Positions 37,947 through 46,943 of a DNA stretch of 64,000 nt are shown piece by piece. Every line of letters begins with the position of its first letter. The stretch's first letter is position 1. The position numbers and the translations under genes were made by a program. The notes under the pieces are model-generated. The model was not told the origin of the DNA and did not search any database. It saw nothing but the letters and a program-made list of their open reading frames with translations. The DNA comes from a virus, in the IMG/VR virus record IMGVR_UViG_3300047319_000798, positions 13,971 through 77,970 of that record, one strand, 5' to 3'.

Positions 37947-40149
37947 CACCCAGCTTCTCCTTGGCCTCTCCCCAGGAAGCCCCAAATTCAACATCGACCT
38001 TCATCGGGATCACCAGTGGGATGGCATCGATCATCAGCTTGGCGCACTTGCGCGCTGATTCCGGGTTGTCGAAGGAGAAGCCCAGTTCATCGTGCATCTG
38101 GATCATGGGCAGGTAGCCAGCGCGCCCGATATCCCGCATAGCCCGCTTCATCTGGCGGGCGGCGCTACCCTGGATCAGGTGGTTGAATGCCTTGTAGGTA
38201 AACGAATGGCGCACTGGCTTCTGCCAGGGGTGATGGGGATCATCAATCCGCGCCTGGGCCTCCTCCCGGCTAGCTGCTGGCTTGAACGCATCCTCAAGAT
38301 TGCCATACAGGCGCACGCCCTCTGCCTGGAATGCGCGCTTGTATTCATCCTTGTCCTTCTTGTACCAGAATGAGCCTTCAAACCCCGGGTAGTGGGACCG
38401 CGCGCCGTCGATCAGCCGAATAGAGCCGCGCTCAGACGCCATCCAGATGATGATATTGGCTATCCCGGCGACAAAGGGCAGCCGCTCATCATAGGTGTTC
38501 ATAGTGGCCTTGGCTTCCTCGTAATCCATCCCGGTCATTGCGGAGAACTGGCCGATACCCGCGCCGAATGCCTTGGCGAAGTTCACGTCCTTAGCGCGGC
38601 GGCGCTGGAGGCGGGTAATCTCCGCCACCCAACTGTGAAAGTCCACGTCCGGGTTGCGCCGGTATTCATCCCCGGTGGTGATGGCGGTCTTAACCAGCTC
38701 ACGCAGTGAGACGTGCCGCCGCCCGGGCGGGATATGGGCGATGATTTCGGTGCGCAGCTTATCCAGCGCCGCGTCGGACAGAGTAGCCATGGTCTCCGCC
38801 ACGTGGACGATGAGGCGAAATTCCTGCTGGCTATAATCCACCGCATACCATCGCGTACCCTCTTCCGGCAGGAAGATCGAACGGATACGCGGGGCCAGCT
38901 CATCGTCGCGGGACGGCATCTGCTGGAGCGGCGGGTGATCATAAGAGAACCGGTGGGACCGTGTACCGCCATCCTCATTGCGGAACTGGTTGATGGAGGC
39001 GTGGACCCGGCCATTGTATTCGGTGTTGAAGATATATTCGCCCACGAATTTGTCGCCGGCAGCGTCCAGTGTTCTAATGCGCTGGATCAGGCGCGGCAGC
39101 TCATGGCGATGGTTCTTCATCCATGGGCCTTCGAACTGGGGCTGGGCCTGACCGCGCGTCTCCCCTCCCGCCGTCCAGCCGTATTTGATCCCTACGCCGT
39201 CAAAGACCTTGGCCAGTGCCCAGGGTGAGCGGATGACCTTAATGTCCAGATGCATACCGGCGGAGCGGGCGGCAGCGTTGATTAATTCATCCCGCTGCGT
39301 GTTTAGATCGTGCTGGAGCCGCTCGGCAGCATCCAGATCGACCCGAATGCCCCGGCGACGCATCCGCTGGGTCATCGGCATTAGCTCCATCTCCGTGGTG
39401 TAGGCGTCCCAGGAGCCTTCCGCCTCAACGAGGGGTCTAAGTATGTCGTAGAGTTCGAGTGTGGCTCCTGCGTCACGCTCCGCATACGGACCCACGTACT
39501 TCCCGGGCAGCCGCCAGAGGTTCTCCCCGGTTGACCCCTTCAAGCCCAGAACCTTGCAGGCTTCCACCAGCATTGATTCGTCCTTGCCCGGAATGCCCCG
39601 CCATTTACACAGGTCATCGAGCTTGTAGCTGGGAAGGCTTTCGATCAGGAACGCGGCCAGCGCGCCGGTGTCGTTAATCCGTGCCGGTGGGGGTATCTCC
39701 CATTGGGCGAATATCCAGCCCAGATCGTAGCCGATGTTGTGGCCGACAAACTCTGTGTGGTCCTGGCGGAATAGGGCGCGCAACCACGTGCCTACGGTTT
39801 CATAGGGCCAGTTCGCGGTCTCCCTCAGATGCCACAATGGTATGTAGATCGAACCGCCGTGCCAGGCCACCGACACCCCTAGCACATAGTTGGTGGTGGA
39901 GGTTCCCATGAACCAGCCGGGGCCGCGCTTCTTGGTCTTGTCCAACAGACCATCGTCGCGCGTCTCGGTGTCTATCGCCACCACCTTAGCCTGGCTAAGG
40001 TCCGGCAGGTCGCTCGGCTCTAGCCAGTTTGATTCAGGCATAAATAGGTCTGACTGCTCGAAGCTGCGCTTGAGCTTCTTGTACTTCATCCTGATTCGTT
40101 CGGATTCAGGCGGAAGGCGGTAGAACATCGTCCTCGTCCTCGTCACCAT
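37939..40149 (-). CDS. Family A DNA polymerase with 3'-5' exonuclease
   Basis: AIDTET (Exo I), GHNIGYD, YAERDA; motif A DYSQQEFR, motif B RRRAKDVNF, NHLIQGSAA, motif C MHDEL. Confidence 0.95.
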   Translation of the reverse strand: MVTRTRTMFYRLPPESERIRMKYKKLKRSFEQSDLFMPESNWLEPSDLPDLSQAKVVAIDTETRDDGLLDKTKKRGPGWFMGTSTTNYVLGVSVAWHGGSIYIPLWHLRETANWPYETVGTWLRALFRQDHTEFVGHNIGYDLGWIFAQWEIPPPARINDTGALAAFLIESLPSYKLDDLCKWRGIPGKDESMLVEACKVLGLKGSTGENLWRLPGKYVGPYAERDAGATLELYDILRPLVEAEGSWDAYTTEMELMPMTQRMRRRGIRVDLDAAERLQHDLNTQRDELINAAARSAGMHLDIKVIRSPWALAKVFDGVGIKYGWTAGGETRGQAQPQFEGPWMKNHRHELPRLIQRIRTLDAAGDKFVGEYIFNTEYNGRVHASINQFRNEDGGTRSHRFSYDHPPLQQMPSRDDELAPRIRSIFLPEEGTRWYAVDYSQQEFRLIVHVAETMATLSDAALDKLRTEIIAHIPPGRRHVSLRELVKTAITTGDEYRRNPDVDFHSWVAEITRLQRRRAKDVNFAKAFGAGIGQFSAMTGMDYEEAKATMNTYDERLPFVAGIANIIIWMASERGSIRLIDGARSHYPGFEGSFWYKKDKDEYKRAFQAEGVRLYGNLEDAFKPAASREEAQARIDDPHHPWQKPVRHSFTYKAFNHLIQGSAARQMKRAMRDIGRAGYLPMIQMHDELGFSFDNPESARKCAKLMIDAIPLVIPMKVDVEFGASWGEAKEKLGEK

Positions 40150-40417
40150 CCTCTTTCATCACTGCATCTTCGCCTTTTATCGCGGTCATATACCCCGTTG
40201 TCCAGCCGGCAGCATATATTATGGCGGTTTCCTGATCACCAAAATTAGCCAAACTGTAGTAAAGGCCCCTTTTGGTAGCCAAAAGCACTTCCCAATTGTA
40301 AGGCCCGGTTACGTGCGGACCGTTGTCCTGGTAAACAAATACGCGGGGCCGTGGCGCGGATAGCTCCGGATCATGTTTACATACAGCCGCCGTGTCTGCC
40401 ACCATCCATAAACTCAT
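40106..40417 (-). CDS. Hypothetical protein
   Basis: 103 aa, in operon. Confidence 0.5.
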   Translation of the reverse strand: MSLWMVADTAAVCKHDPELSAPRPRVFVYQDNGPHVTGPYNWEVLLATKRGLYYSLANFGDQETAIIYAAGWTTGYMTAIKGEDAVMKEDGDEDEDDVLPPSA

Positions 40418-40824
40418 TGTTCCATCCTCGCGTGGTGGCCCCCATCAGCTGGCGTGCCCGGGCCAACCTCGTCCTCTTCGATGATAGGTTTCATCTGCGG
40501 GCGCGGCGGAACCACTGTCACGTCATGTCCTCCGGTTATCGTCGCCCCGGTCACGTGGTGCGGGGCCTTGAGCTTAGCCTTTTCGTCAGCGATTAAAAAC
40601 TCCAGGTAATGCAGGGCTTTCTCTAGGTCAACTAGACCTTTGGCGCGGCCATCTACACTACCATGCACGCGCCAGCGCGACACGTACTTGATGATGTTCC
40701 CATCAACATAAGGGATATTGTTGACGTGGCAGTATTCCATGGGCTGAATAACGAAGCCCTTGTAATGCTGGCCACCAACCTGCCTCTTCAGCTGCTCGTC
40801 GCGGTCGCTCAAAATTCCCTCCAC
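40414..40824 (-). CDS. DUF3310 family (T7 gp1.7-like nucleotide kinase family)
   Basis: QVGGQHY..GNIIKYVSRW..DLEKALHYL motif. Confidence 0.8.
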   Translation of the reverse strand: MEGILSDRDEQLKRQVGGQHYKGFVIQPMEYCHVNNIPYVDGNIIKYVSRWRVHGSVDGRAKGLVDLEKALHYLEFLIADEKAKLKAPHHVTGATITGGHDVTVVPPRPQMKPIIEEDEVGPGTPADGGHHARMEQ

Positions 40825-41408
40825 ATGGCCAAGAGTGTCTTGGCGGTTTCATCTGGAAATTGCTGCTGCATAAAGAAATTGAGGCGGCGCAGCACATAGG
40901 CGCGGATTGCCCGCGCTTCCTCTGGGGTAAACGCGCCCAGCATAGCGTAAGCCGCGTCAAGCGTTCTCACCGCCACAGTCCAGCCGAACCGCGAACCTAG
41001 CGTGGTTTCCACCATACCCTCTTCCGCCATCTCGATCAGCTCAGCTATCTTGGCGTGCTTGGCCATCTTGCATTCCAGCGGGATATTGAACCCCCAGAAC
41101 GCGCTCTGGCTGGTCTTGGCCTTGTCCTCAACCTCCTGGAACCGACGGCGCAGCTCCGGGTTGTTGCGCTTCACCGGGTAAGGCGGATCACCCGTGATGA
41201 TCTCGCCGCTATCGTGGAACATAATGTATAGAAACGTCTCCTGGTCTGGTGGCCCGAATAGACAAGTGTAGACGCGTAGCAACTGCCAGGTATGCTCAGC
41301 CACCGTCTGCCGCCGGATAGTGGGCCACGTGTGGTAACGTTCCACTGTACCTGCGAGGCGCAGGTCCATTACAATCATACGCGCCGCGCCGTTCTGATGA
41401 TCGGTCAT
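40809..41408 (-). CDS. HD-domain (YfbR/DatZ-like) deoxynucleotide phosphohydrolase
   Basis: RY..QTVAEH..HDSGEIITGDPPYPVK motif. Confidence 0.8.
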   Translation of the reverse strand: MTDHQNGAARMIVMDLRLAGTVERYHTWPTIRRQTVAEHTWQLLRVYTCLFGPPDQETFLYIMFHDSGEIITGDPPYPVKRNNPELRRRFQEVEDKAKTSQSAFWGFNIPLECKMAKHAKIAELIEMAEEGMVETTLGSRFGWTVAVRTLDAAYAMLGAFTPEEARAIRAYVLRRLNFFMQQQFPDETAKTLLAMWREF

Positions 41409-42514
41409 ACGGCGGTCTTAATTGTATTAGAGTGCGCGGTCAAGTCTTTTTTCGCGTGACGATGTAACCATTCTATACCGGCTTGTTTCCAATCTGGGGC
41501 GTTTACAAAGGTCATAAGGTGGTGGGCACTGGGCTGATTCTTGTGTTTGTAGAAATAATAGGCGCTGGCCATGTAGTATACATCTTCAAGGAATGGGTTG
41601 TTGACGCTGCTGAATGGTATATCATTCCCCGGGCCAATGGTATGAACCTTGTCAAGGGCATTCCATAACCGTTTGAGGTCTTGATCAAACCTGCCGGCAT
41701 CACCCATAAGCGGGGTCACCGGCCCATAATCCTCTAGCCCCGTGGCTAGGGCGAGGTAAACCTGGTCAACGGTACACTTACTGGACAGTTTAGCGCCTTT
41801 GTAAAGGCGTTCCCATACGTCCACGTACATATGGAAATCATTGGTGAACTGCGTGTACTGGCCGACACCTACGCCCACCTTGCTGGCGACGTACTCCTGA
41901 AGGAAGGAGAGATGGACGGCGTTGGCCCCGTATGCGCCCCACAGAATGTCGTTCGACCGGTTGCTCACGGTCATGTCCAGACAGCCGTAACGGATGCGGA
42001 ACATCACCTGTAGGTTACAGGGCTTGGCCAGGGTGGTGGTTAGGTCTTCTGGGTCCCACATAGTGAGCACGGCGCGGCGGGTGGTGGGGTCCGCCTTGAT
42101 TAGCTTGATTACCTCATCGAGCTGGTCGAAGCCCCAGTGGTGGCGCCAGCGATAGCCGTAGCCATCGGTGATCACCCCTTTATAGCCGAACCGGGTGCCA
42201 AAGTCCTTGATGTAGAAGTCCAGAGGCGCAGCGTCCTCCCGCCCCGCCAGCATCCACATAGCCTCGACCAGGTGGAAGAATGGATTGGCGTTCCGCACAG
42301 GACTCAGCAACACCCTCTGGGCGGGTGAGCGATAAATGGTGGCCACCGGCCCCTCGGGATAGGCGATAACCGGGCCGTTTCGGCTATCCTGCACTTCTCC
42401 GTGGCGGAGGAGCAGCATAATGCCACGGGGCAAAGCCTCGCGAACATTCTCCACAGTGAATCTAAACATGCCTTCCCTCGCCAAATCTCCCAGCTCAATC
42501 GCCATACGACACAT
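41405..42514 (-). CDS. Thymidylate synthase-family dUMP hydroxymethylase
   Basis: YGYRWR, TRRAVLTMWDP, catalytic PCN, RSND..WGAYGAN (Asn implies a dUMP substrate), FHMY; hypermodification gene context. Confidence 0.8.
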   Translation of the reverse strand: MCRMAIELGDLAREGMFRFTVENVREALPRGIMLLLRHGEVQDSRNGPVIAYPEGPVATIYRSPAQRVLLSPVRNANPFFHLVEAMWMLAGREDAAPLDFYIKDFGTRFGYKGVITDGYGYRWRHHWGFDQLDEVIKLIKADPTTRRAVLTMWDPEDLTTTLAKPCNLQVMFRIRYGCLDMTVSNRSNDILWGAYGANAVHLSFLQEYVASKVGVGVGQYTQFTNDFHMYVDVWERLYKGAKLSSKCTVDQVYLALATGLEDYGPVTPLMGDAGRFDQDLKRLWNALDKVHTIGPGNDIPFSSVNNPFLEDVYYMASAYYFYKHKNQPSAHHLMTFVNAPDWKQAGIEWLHRHAKKDLTAHSNTIKTAV

Positions 42515-43064
42515 CCACCAGTTCGAGCACCCGCTGAAAGGCTGATTCTCTATCTAGCCGTTCGACCGGCACCCCGATAGCCTTCAATTTCTTGGTATTG
42601 GAGCTGATCGAAACAACCTTGTCAGCCACCAGTCCCGGCTTGAGCGGCTTGTAGTTGCGCATGGATACTACGCGCCGCTCGTTGATATCGGCCTCACACT
42701 GCTCGATTGGCGTGGTTAGCTCGATTATATGTAAACCAGACGTGGCCCGGTGGAGGCGCGCTAGCCGGTCGATACCATACATGGAGATGATCACGCCCTC
42801 GAAGATCACGTGGTTCTGATGGCGGTCAAGCTCGGCTATCGTGGACATGACCCAGTCCGCGATACCCTTGGCGCTGAAATTGTCGCAACCGCCAGTCGGC
42901 GTCTCGTACGGACCCACCACCGCTATGTTGCTCTTGGTGCTCTGGTAGCCGATGGGCTTCTTCTTGTCGCCCAGGATACCAAGCCACGGCCCGCGCGCCT
43001 CCATGACCCGGCGTACCAGGGTGGACTTGCCCGCGCCGTTAGTTCCCCGGATATTGATGAGCAT
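42495..43064 (-). CDS. P-loop nucleotide kinase 1
   Basis: IRGTNGAGKST Walker A; GGCD; VIFEG Walker B. Confidence 0.8.
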   Translation of the reverse strand: MLINIRGTNGAGKSTLVRRVMEARGPWLGILGDKKKPIGYQSTKSNIAVVGPYETPTGGCDNFSAKGIADWVMSTIAELDRHQNHVIFEGVIISMYGIDRLARLHRATSGLHIIELTTPIEQCEADINERRVVSMRNYKPLKPGLVADKVVSISSNTKKLKAIGVPVERLDRESAFQRVLELVDVSYGD

Positions 43065-43260
43065 ATATCCACTCCTGGACCGCGTGCGCGGCGGCAAGAT
43101 ACTCTGCGCTGGGCGTCTTGGTGATCTCTTGCCCGGGCTGATATGTTGCCCAGATGCGTTTGCGTAGGTGGGCGGGCAAGCGGAACCAGTGTTCGCGGCA
43201 CCCCCACAGCTTGGGTGGCACCGCCTTGGGGCAACCGGGCCAGTGACAATGGTGGGTCAT
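43039..43260 (-). CDS. Small Cys/His zinc-binding protein
   Basis: HHCHWPGC..WGCREHW motif. Confidence 0.6.
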   Translation of the reverse strand: MTHHCHWPGCPKAVPPKLWGCREHWFRLPAHLRKRIWATYQPGQEITKTPSAEYLAAAHAVQEWIYAHQYPGN

Positions 43261-43577
43261 CGGTGCCCCTTAATGTCCATGGCGTGCTTAACGATCAGCG
43301 AGGCAAACGCTAGCGCCTCTTCCGGCGGCAAGGCGAACCAGGCAGTGGGCTTGAAGAAATCCACACGCACCGTTTTGCGATACGTGGTGATGGCGATGTT
43401 GAGACCGCCTTCATCCGTGGCATCTAGCTTACCCTTGGGAAAGTCGCCAGTGGGGCCGAGTTTGTGCTCACTCATCATTGCCATCCGCAGAAAGTGGTTT
43501 GTTGCGCCGATGTTGTATTGGGTGGCTAGCCGCTCTAGGTGCGGTAGCATGCTGGTGATAAATTCCTCGTCAGTCAC
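43257..43577 (-). CDS. Hypothetical protein
   Basis: 106 aa; G.TG.FP.GKL...DEG motif; coupled. Confidence 0.6.
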   Translation of the reverse strand: MTDEEFITSMLPHLERLATQYNIGATNHFLRMAMMSEHKLGPTGDFPKGKLDATDEGGLNIAITTYRKTVRVDFFKPTAWFALPPEEALAFASLIVKHAMDIKGHR

Positions 43578-43924
43578 ACGCTTATCCTCAACGTCCCTGC
43601 TGGGCCGTTATTGTCTGATTCGGCGTTGATCAGATAACGCATGGGGGCGACCGGCCAAGGTGCCCGATCAGTAACTGGCCAGGATATCGGCCCTATGTCT
43701 GGCAAGCAGAACCGACCACCGGTGCCGCTGCCATAGGTGTAGCCTATCGCGGCAAACAGTTCCGGGTAATCCTTGACCCGAACCAGTGCGCCGTTGCAAA
43801 TCAAGTGTTGGGGGCGGATTATCGGCGGCCACGGAGCGCGCGGCATTAGCATGAGCGAGGGCAGCCGCACGATAGCGGGCGCAGCGATTAGACCGGCGAA
43901 GAAAGAACGTCTGTCGAGGGTCAT
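43574..43924 (-). CDS. Tail-collar-domain protein with twin-arginine-like N-terminus
   Basis: MTLDRRSFFAGLIAAPAIVR; LICNG..YPELFAAIGYTYG..FCLPD; ATGA overlap at the start. Confidence 0.65.
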   Translation of the reverse strand: MTLDRRSFFAGLIAAPAIVRLPSLMLMPRAPWPPIIRPQHLICNGALVRVKDYPELFAAIGYTYGSGTGGRFCLPDIGPISWPVTDRAPWPVAPMRYLINAESDNNGPAGTLRISV

Positions 43925-44472
43925 AGGAACCACGTGATCATCGAATAGCGTATGCCGGTGTTGACCGGTAGGATTTGATGGGGATACATGAACTGGGGCG
44001 GGAACATGAGCGCGCAGCCGCCGCGCAGCCGGAACGGTTCGTCATCCCAGAACTTGAATTCACCACCAGTGTATTCGTTGTTGAGAGCTATCGACATTGA
44101 CAGCACCCGGGGCACCATATCGTCGCGGTGCTGGCCGATGAACTGGCCCGGTTCGTAGCGCAGAATATCGAAGCCGGAATCAGAGCGTGAGGTCAGCGGG
44201 AACTTGCCCCTGTAGATGTTGAGAGCACGCAGGGAGGCGTCGAGCAGGATATCGTCGGCCCGCTTGGCTATCCCGAGCTTAGCGGGCGTCAGAGGGTAGT
44301 TGCCCATTACTGCCGCTGAGAGAGGGAACGTGGTGCAGGTGCGCTCGGGGTAATCCGGCGACGCATTGGGCACGCGCCACTGCTCGCCCTCTGTGACGCT
44401 TAAAATTTCCTTACACGTCAGTGGGTCCAGAAGGGGCTCAGTGACCATGATGAATTCTTTGAGGTCCGCCAT
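43921..44472 (-). CDS. 2OG-Fe(II) oxygenase (prolyl-4-hydroxylase-like)
   Basis: ILRY..HRD (HxD), LNNEYTGGEF, distal H in YPHQI, RYS. Confidence 0.85.
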   Translation of the reverse strand: MADLKEFIMVTEPLLDPLTCKEILSVTEGEQWRVPNASPDYPERTCTTFPLSAAVMGNYPLTPAKLGIAKRADDILLDASLRALNIYRGKFPLTSRSDSGFDILRYEPGQFIGQHRDDMVPRVLSMSIALNNEYTGGEFKFWDDEPFRLRGGCALMFPPQFMYPHQILPVNTGIRYSMITWFL

Positions 44473-44549
44473 CGCTGGTCTCCTATAGCAACACCCACAG
44501 CACTTTCTATCCGATTTGCAACACGGGAAGCGACAGGTGGCGAACGGAT

Positions 44550-44801
44550 TCACCGCTTGTTCCAATACGCTGCCAGGTCAGCAAGCTGGACTGGGGTGGG
44601 CCGCGCGATGGTGGTCTTGTCGCCCGCCCGCTCACTCTTGCGAATTTCTTCGCCAGCGCATTGCCAACACCAGATAGCGTCAGCGTGAGGGGAGCTAACC
44701 GCCACCCACACGTCCGCGCCGCATAGGTCGCAGAACCCGGGTTGCGACTGGACTGGCGGGCTGAGCACATCCTCGCAACGTAGACAGACTAGGGGGTTCA
44801 T
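44550..44801 (-). CDS. Small zinc-finger protein
   Basis: CxxC motifs (CLRC, CDLC, CWQC). Confidence 0.5.
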   Translation of the reverse strand: MNPLVCLRCEDVLSPPVQSQPGFCDLCGADVWVAVSSPHADAIWCWQCAGEEIRKSERAGDKTTIARPTPVQLADLAAYWNKR

Positions 44802-44803
44802 GG

Positions 44804-45463
44804 TTATGCCGCCGGTAGAAGCAACAGCGCTTCGTTGTGCATATGCGCCAGAGCGCGAAGGCCCTCAATCCCGTCCCTCTTGGCCTCAGCCACCAGTATC
44901 GGAAGGCCGGAATCAATGGACTGCTCGATTTCACCCCGCGTGGCTACCCGGCCCTCAGCGTACCAGTCCACCCGGATAGGCTTACCCAGCCGGAATAACA
45001 CGCCCTGGCCCGCTTGGAAAGGCTTGGCCTTGGCGCACTGATAGAGCGCCACCGCGCCGGGGTTGCGCGGGATCATGATGCCCGCCACCACCGGATCATC
45101 GGGCATGTTCTTGGCGTTGCGCTTCTCACGCGGGTTGGTGAGGAACGGACACGCCTTGGCGGCAAACTCGGCACACTCCCGATGGCACGGCGGTTCGGAC
45201 GTGACCCGGTTGATCACGCACATCGGCCCAATCACGTAGATGTTAGACTGGCCCTCCATAGACCCACCGCAAATCCAGCACTTACGGCGGTTATGCGCCA
45301 TCCACAGCTTACCCGGGCCGATGATGCGAAAGTCAGGCTCGCCTGTACCGGCGGGCACGGCTCTGCCGTCCTGCATCCAACAGATGAACCACGGCACCGG
45401 ATAGCCCCGGCCATCACGGGGCAGCCGGGCAATGCGCTCGGGCATTGGGGGCAGGGCGATCAT
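44804..45463 (-). CDS. Cys/His-rich conserved hypothetical protein
   Basis: GYPVPWF..CWICG..GPMC..EPPCHRECA..ACPFL. Confidence 0.65.
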   Translation of the reverse strand: MIALPPMPERIARLPRDGRGYPVPWFICWMQDGRAVPAGTGEPDFRIIGPGKLWMAHNRRKCWICGGSMEGQSNIYVIGPMCVINRVTSEPPCHRECAEFAAKACPFLTNPREKRNAKNMPDDPVVAGIMIPRNPGAVALYQCAKAKPFQAGQGVLFRLGKPIRVDWYAEGRVATRGEIEQSIDSGLPILVAEAKRDGIEGLRALAHMHNEALLLLPAA

Positions 45464-46164
45464 ATGTTGCGTCCTCTTTGACCAAGTGCGCGTTGATCCG
45501 CTAGGAACTCATTGAGTGGCTGTGTGCCTTTTTTGGAATTACAAGGGTGGCATAGGGCAACGCAATTGCTCTGTATGGTTCTGCCCCCCTCAGCCCAAGG
45601 AACCATGTGATCACCAACTGGTAACAAGAACGCATCGAATACCCCATTACACCCAAGACACTTACCATGTTGGCCAACCGCTGACTGCGCAACTTCAGTA
45701 TCATAAAACATGCGGCGGGTATCGCGCTCAACTGTGCTTTTTACCACCACGAAGAACGATTCAACCTTAGAGTATGGAATTGGCTCGCGGTCCTGGATGT
45801 AGGTTCTAACCATCCTCCATACGCGGTCACGCTCCGGGCTTCTATCCCCGTTCTTCTTGAACTCATCTTTGTTAGATGTGCTTAACAGCTCCAGCATATC
45901 TTTATCACGTCCGATGGGATGGGTTAATCCACCCTGTCGACCTTTCCCGCCGCCATCCGCCTCCAAGCCTTTGATATATTGGTCAAGGTACGGATCAATC
46001 CAAGGCATTAGGGAATGGGCAAGGTCAATGGCGGTTGCCCCCGTCAATTCAACAGGGCTATCCATCCACTTTGCTGTTCTCATCACATACATGAATAACT
46101 TGACTTCTGGGGGTCGTGGCCGGTTACGGCTTGGTGTGTATCGAGTTGCTCCGCCTCCGCCCAT
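45460..46164 (-). CDS. HNH endonuclease
   Basis: CLGC..DHMVPWAEGGRT..NCVALCHPCNSKKG; visibly more AT-rich than its flanks. Confidence 0.8.
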   Translation of the reverse strand: MGGGGATRYTPSRNRPRPPEVKLFMYVMRTAKWMDSPVELTGATAIDLAHSLMPWIDPYLDQYIKGLEADGGGKGRQGGLTHPIGRDKDMLELLSTSNKDEFKKNGDRSPERDRVWRMVRTYIQDREPIPYSKVESFFVVVKSTVERDTRRMFYDTEVAQSAVGQHGKCLGCNGVFDAFLLPVGDHMVPWAEGGRTIQSNCVALCHPCNSKKGTQPLNEFLADQRALGQRGRNI

Positions 46165-46943
46165 CACGCTGCCTCCCTGAATGCCGGAGCGTGGCGCAGG
46201 AGTGCCTCGGCGGTATCGCCCCACCCCGATAGGTGATGGCGGATTTCATTGGTGTCCTTGCCCACCGGATAGTGCCCGTTCATGTGACTCTTCCACTTAC
46301 AGAGTACCGTCTCCGCCTCCTGGACCCCGCACTGGCGTCGCCCCGCCGCTGGCTCCAGATACTGACCCACGCGCCGGATTAGATCGCCATAGGCCCCGGT
46401 GCCCCGGTCGGGGTCCGGTCCCGCTAGCATGGTTAGCGCCGCCGCCGGTTCCTTGTACAGCAGGGGAATGCTGGGGGCAAACTCTATCGGCTGGCCCGCG
46501 CAAACCTCAAGCATATCCGCCACCTTGAAGCCTATCCAGGGGCCAAACAGCGGCCACCGGCTGGTCACGTGCTTGATGATCTCGTCGGCGGTCTCAAACG
46601 GGTACAATGAGTTGACCCAAGTCTCCGCTGGGCGGGTGGCGAACATCTCCATCGCATAAACGCACTTGTCGCCCCGGAAATGACGCCGCTCTGTGCCCCG
46701 GGGCCAGCGGGTTCCAAGTGGCGATAAACTATCGTTTCTTGCCGCTTTTAACATCTGATCCCAATACCGCCCATCGGTGAACTCGGACATGTACGAGGCC
46801 GCACCCATATGGTAAAAACACCAGTAGGCGAATAGCCACCGCCTGAACTGGTCATGGGTCAGGTTTACGCGACAGAGCGCAACATACACCGGGTCAAGAT
46901 CACCAGTAGTGATCAGGGCGTCGGCGAAATCTTCGATAAGCAT
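46164..46943 (-). CDS. Amino acid:DNA transferase (aGPT-Pplase2/AADT family)
   Basis: DLDPVY, YWCFYH, RGTERRHFRG, HhH-like FGPWIGFKVADM, QEAETVLCKWKSH..GHY..GKD. Confidence 0.8.
   Translation of the reverse strand: MLIEDFADALITTGDLDPVYVALCRVNLTHDQFRRWLFAYWCFYHMGAASYMSEFTDGRYWDQMLKAARNDSLSPLGTRWPRGTERRHFRGDKCVYAMEMFATRPAETWVNSLYPFETADEIIKHVTSRWPLFGPWIGFKVADMLEVCAGQPIEFAPSIPLLYKEPAAALTMLAGPDPDRGTGAYGDLIRRVGQYLEPAAGRRQCGVQEAETVLCKWKSHMNGHYPVGKDTNEIRHHLSGWGDTAEALLRHAPAFREAA

Noticed and set aside
37939-41408. 2-aminoadenine (Z-genome) system suggested by the DatZ-like HD enzyme and altered PolA motif B
   Set aside because: No PurZ/adenylosuccinate synthetase homologue in the window; the neighbours point to hmdU chemistry.
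41405-42514. Ordinary thymidylate synthase or dCMP hydroxymethylase
   Set aside because: Asn at the specificity position argues against dCMP, and the kinase/AADT context favours dUMP hydroxymethylase; needs biochemical confirmation.
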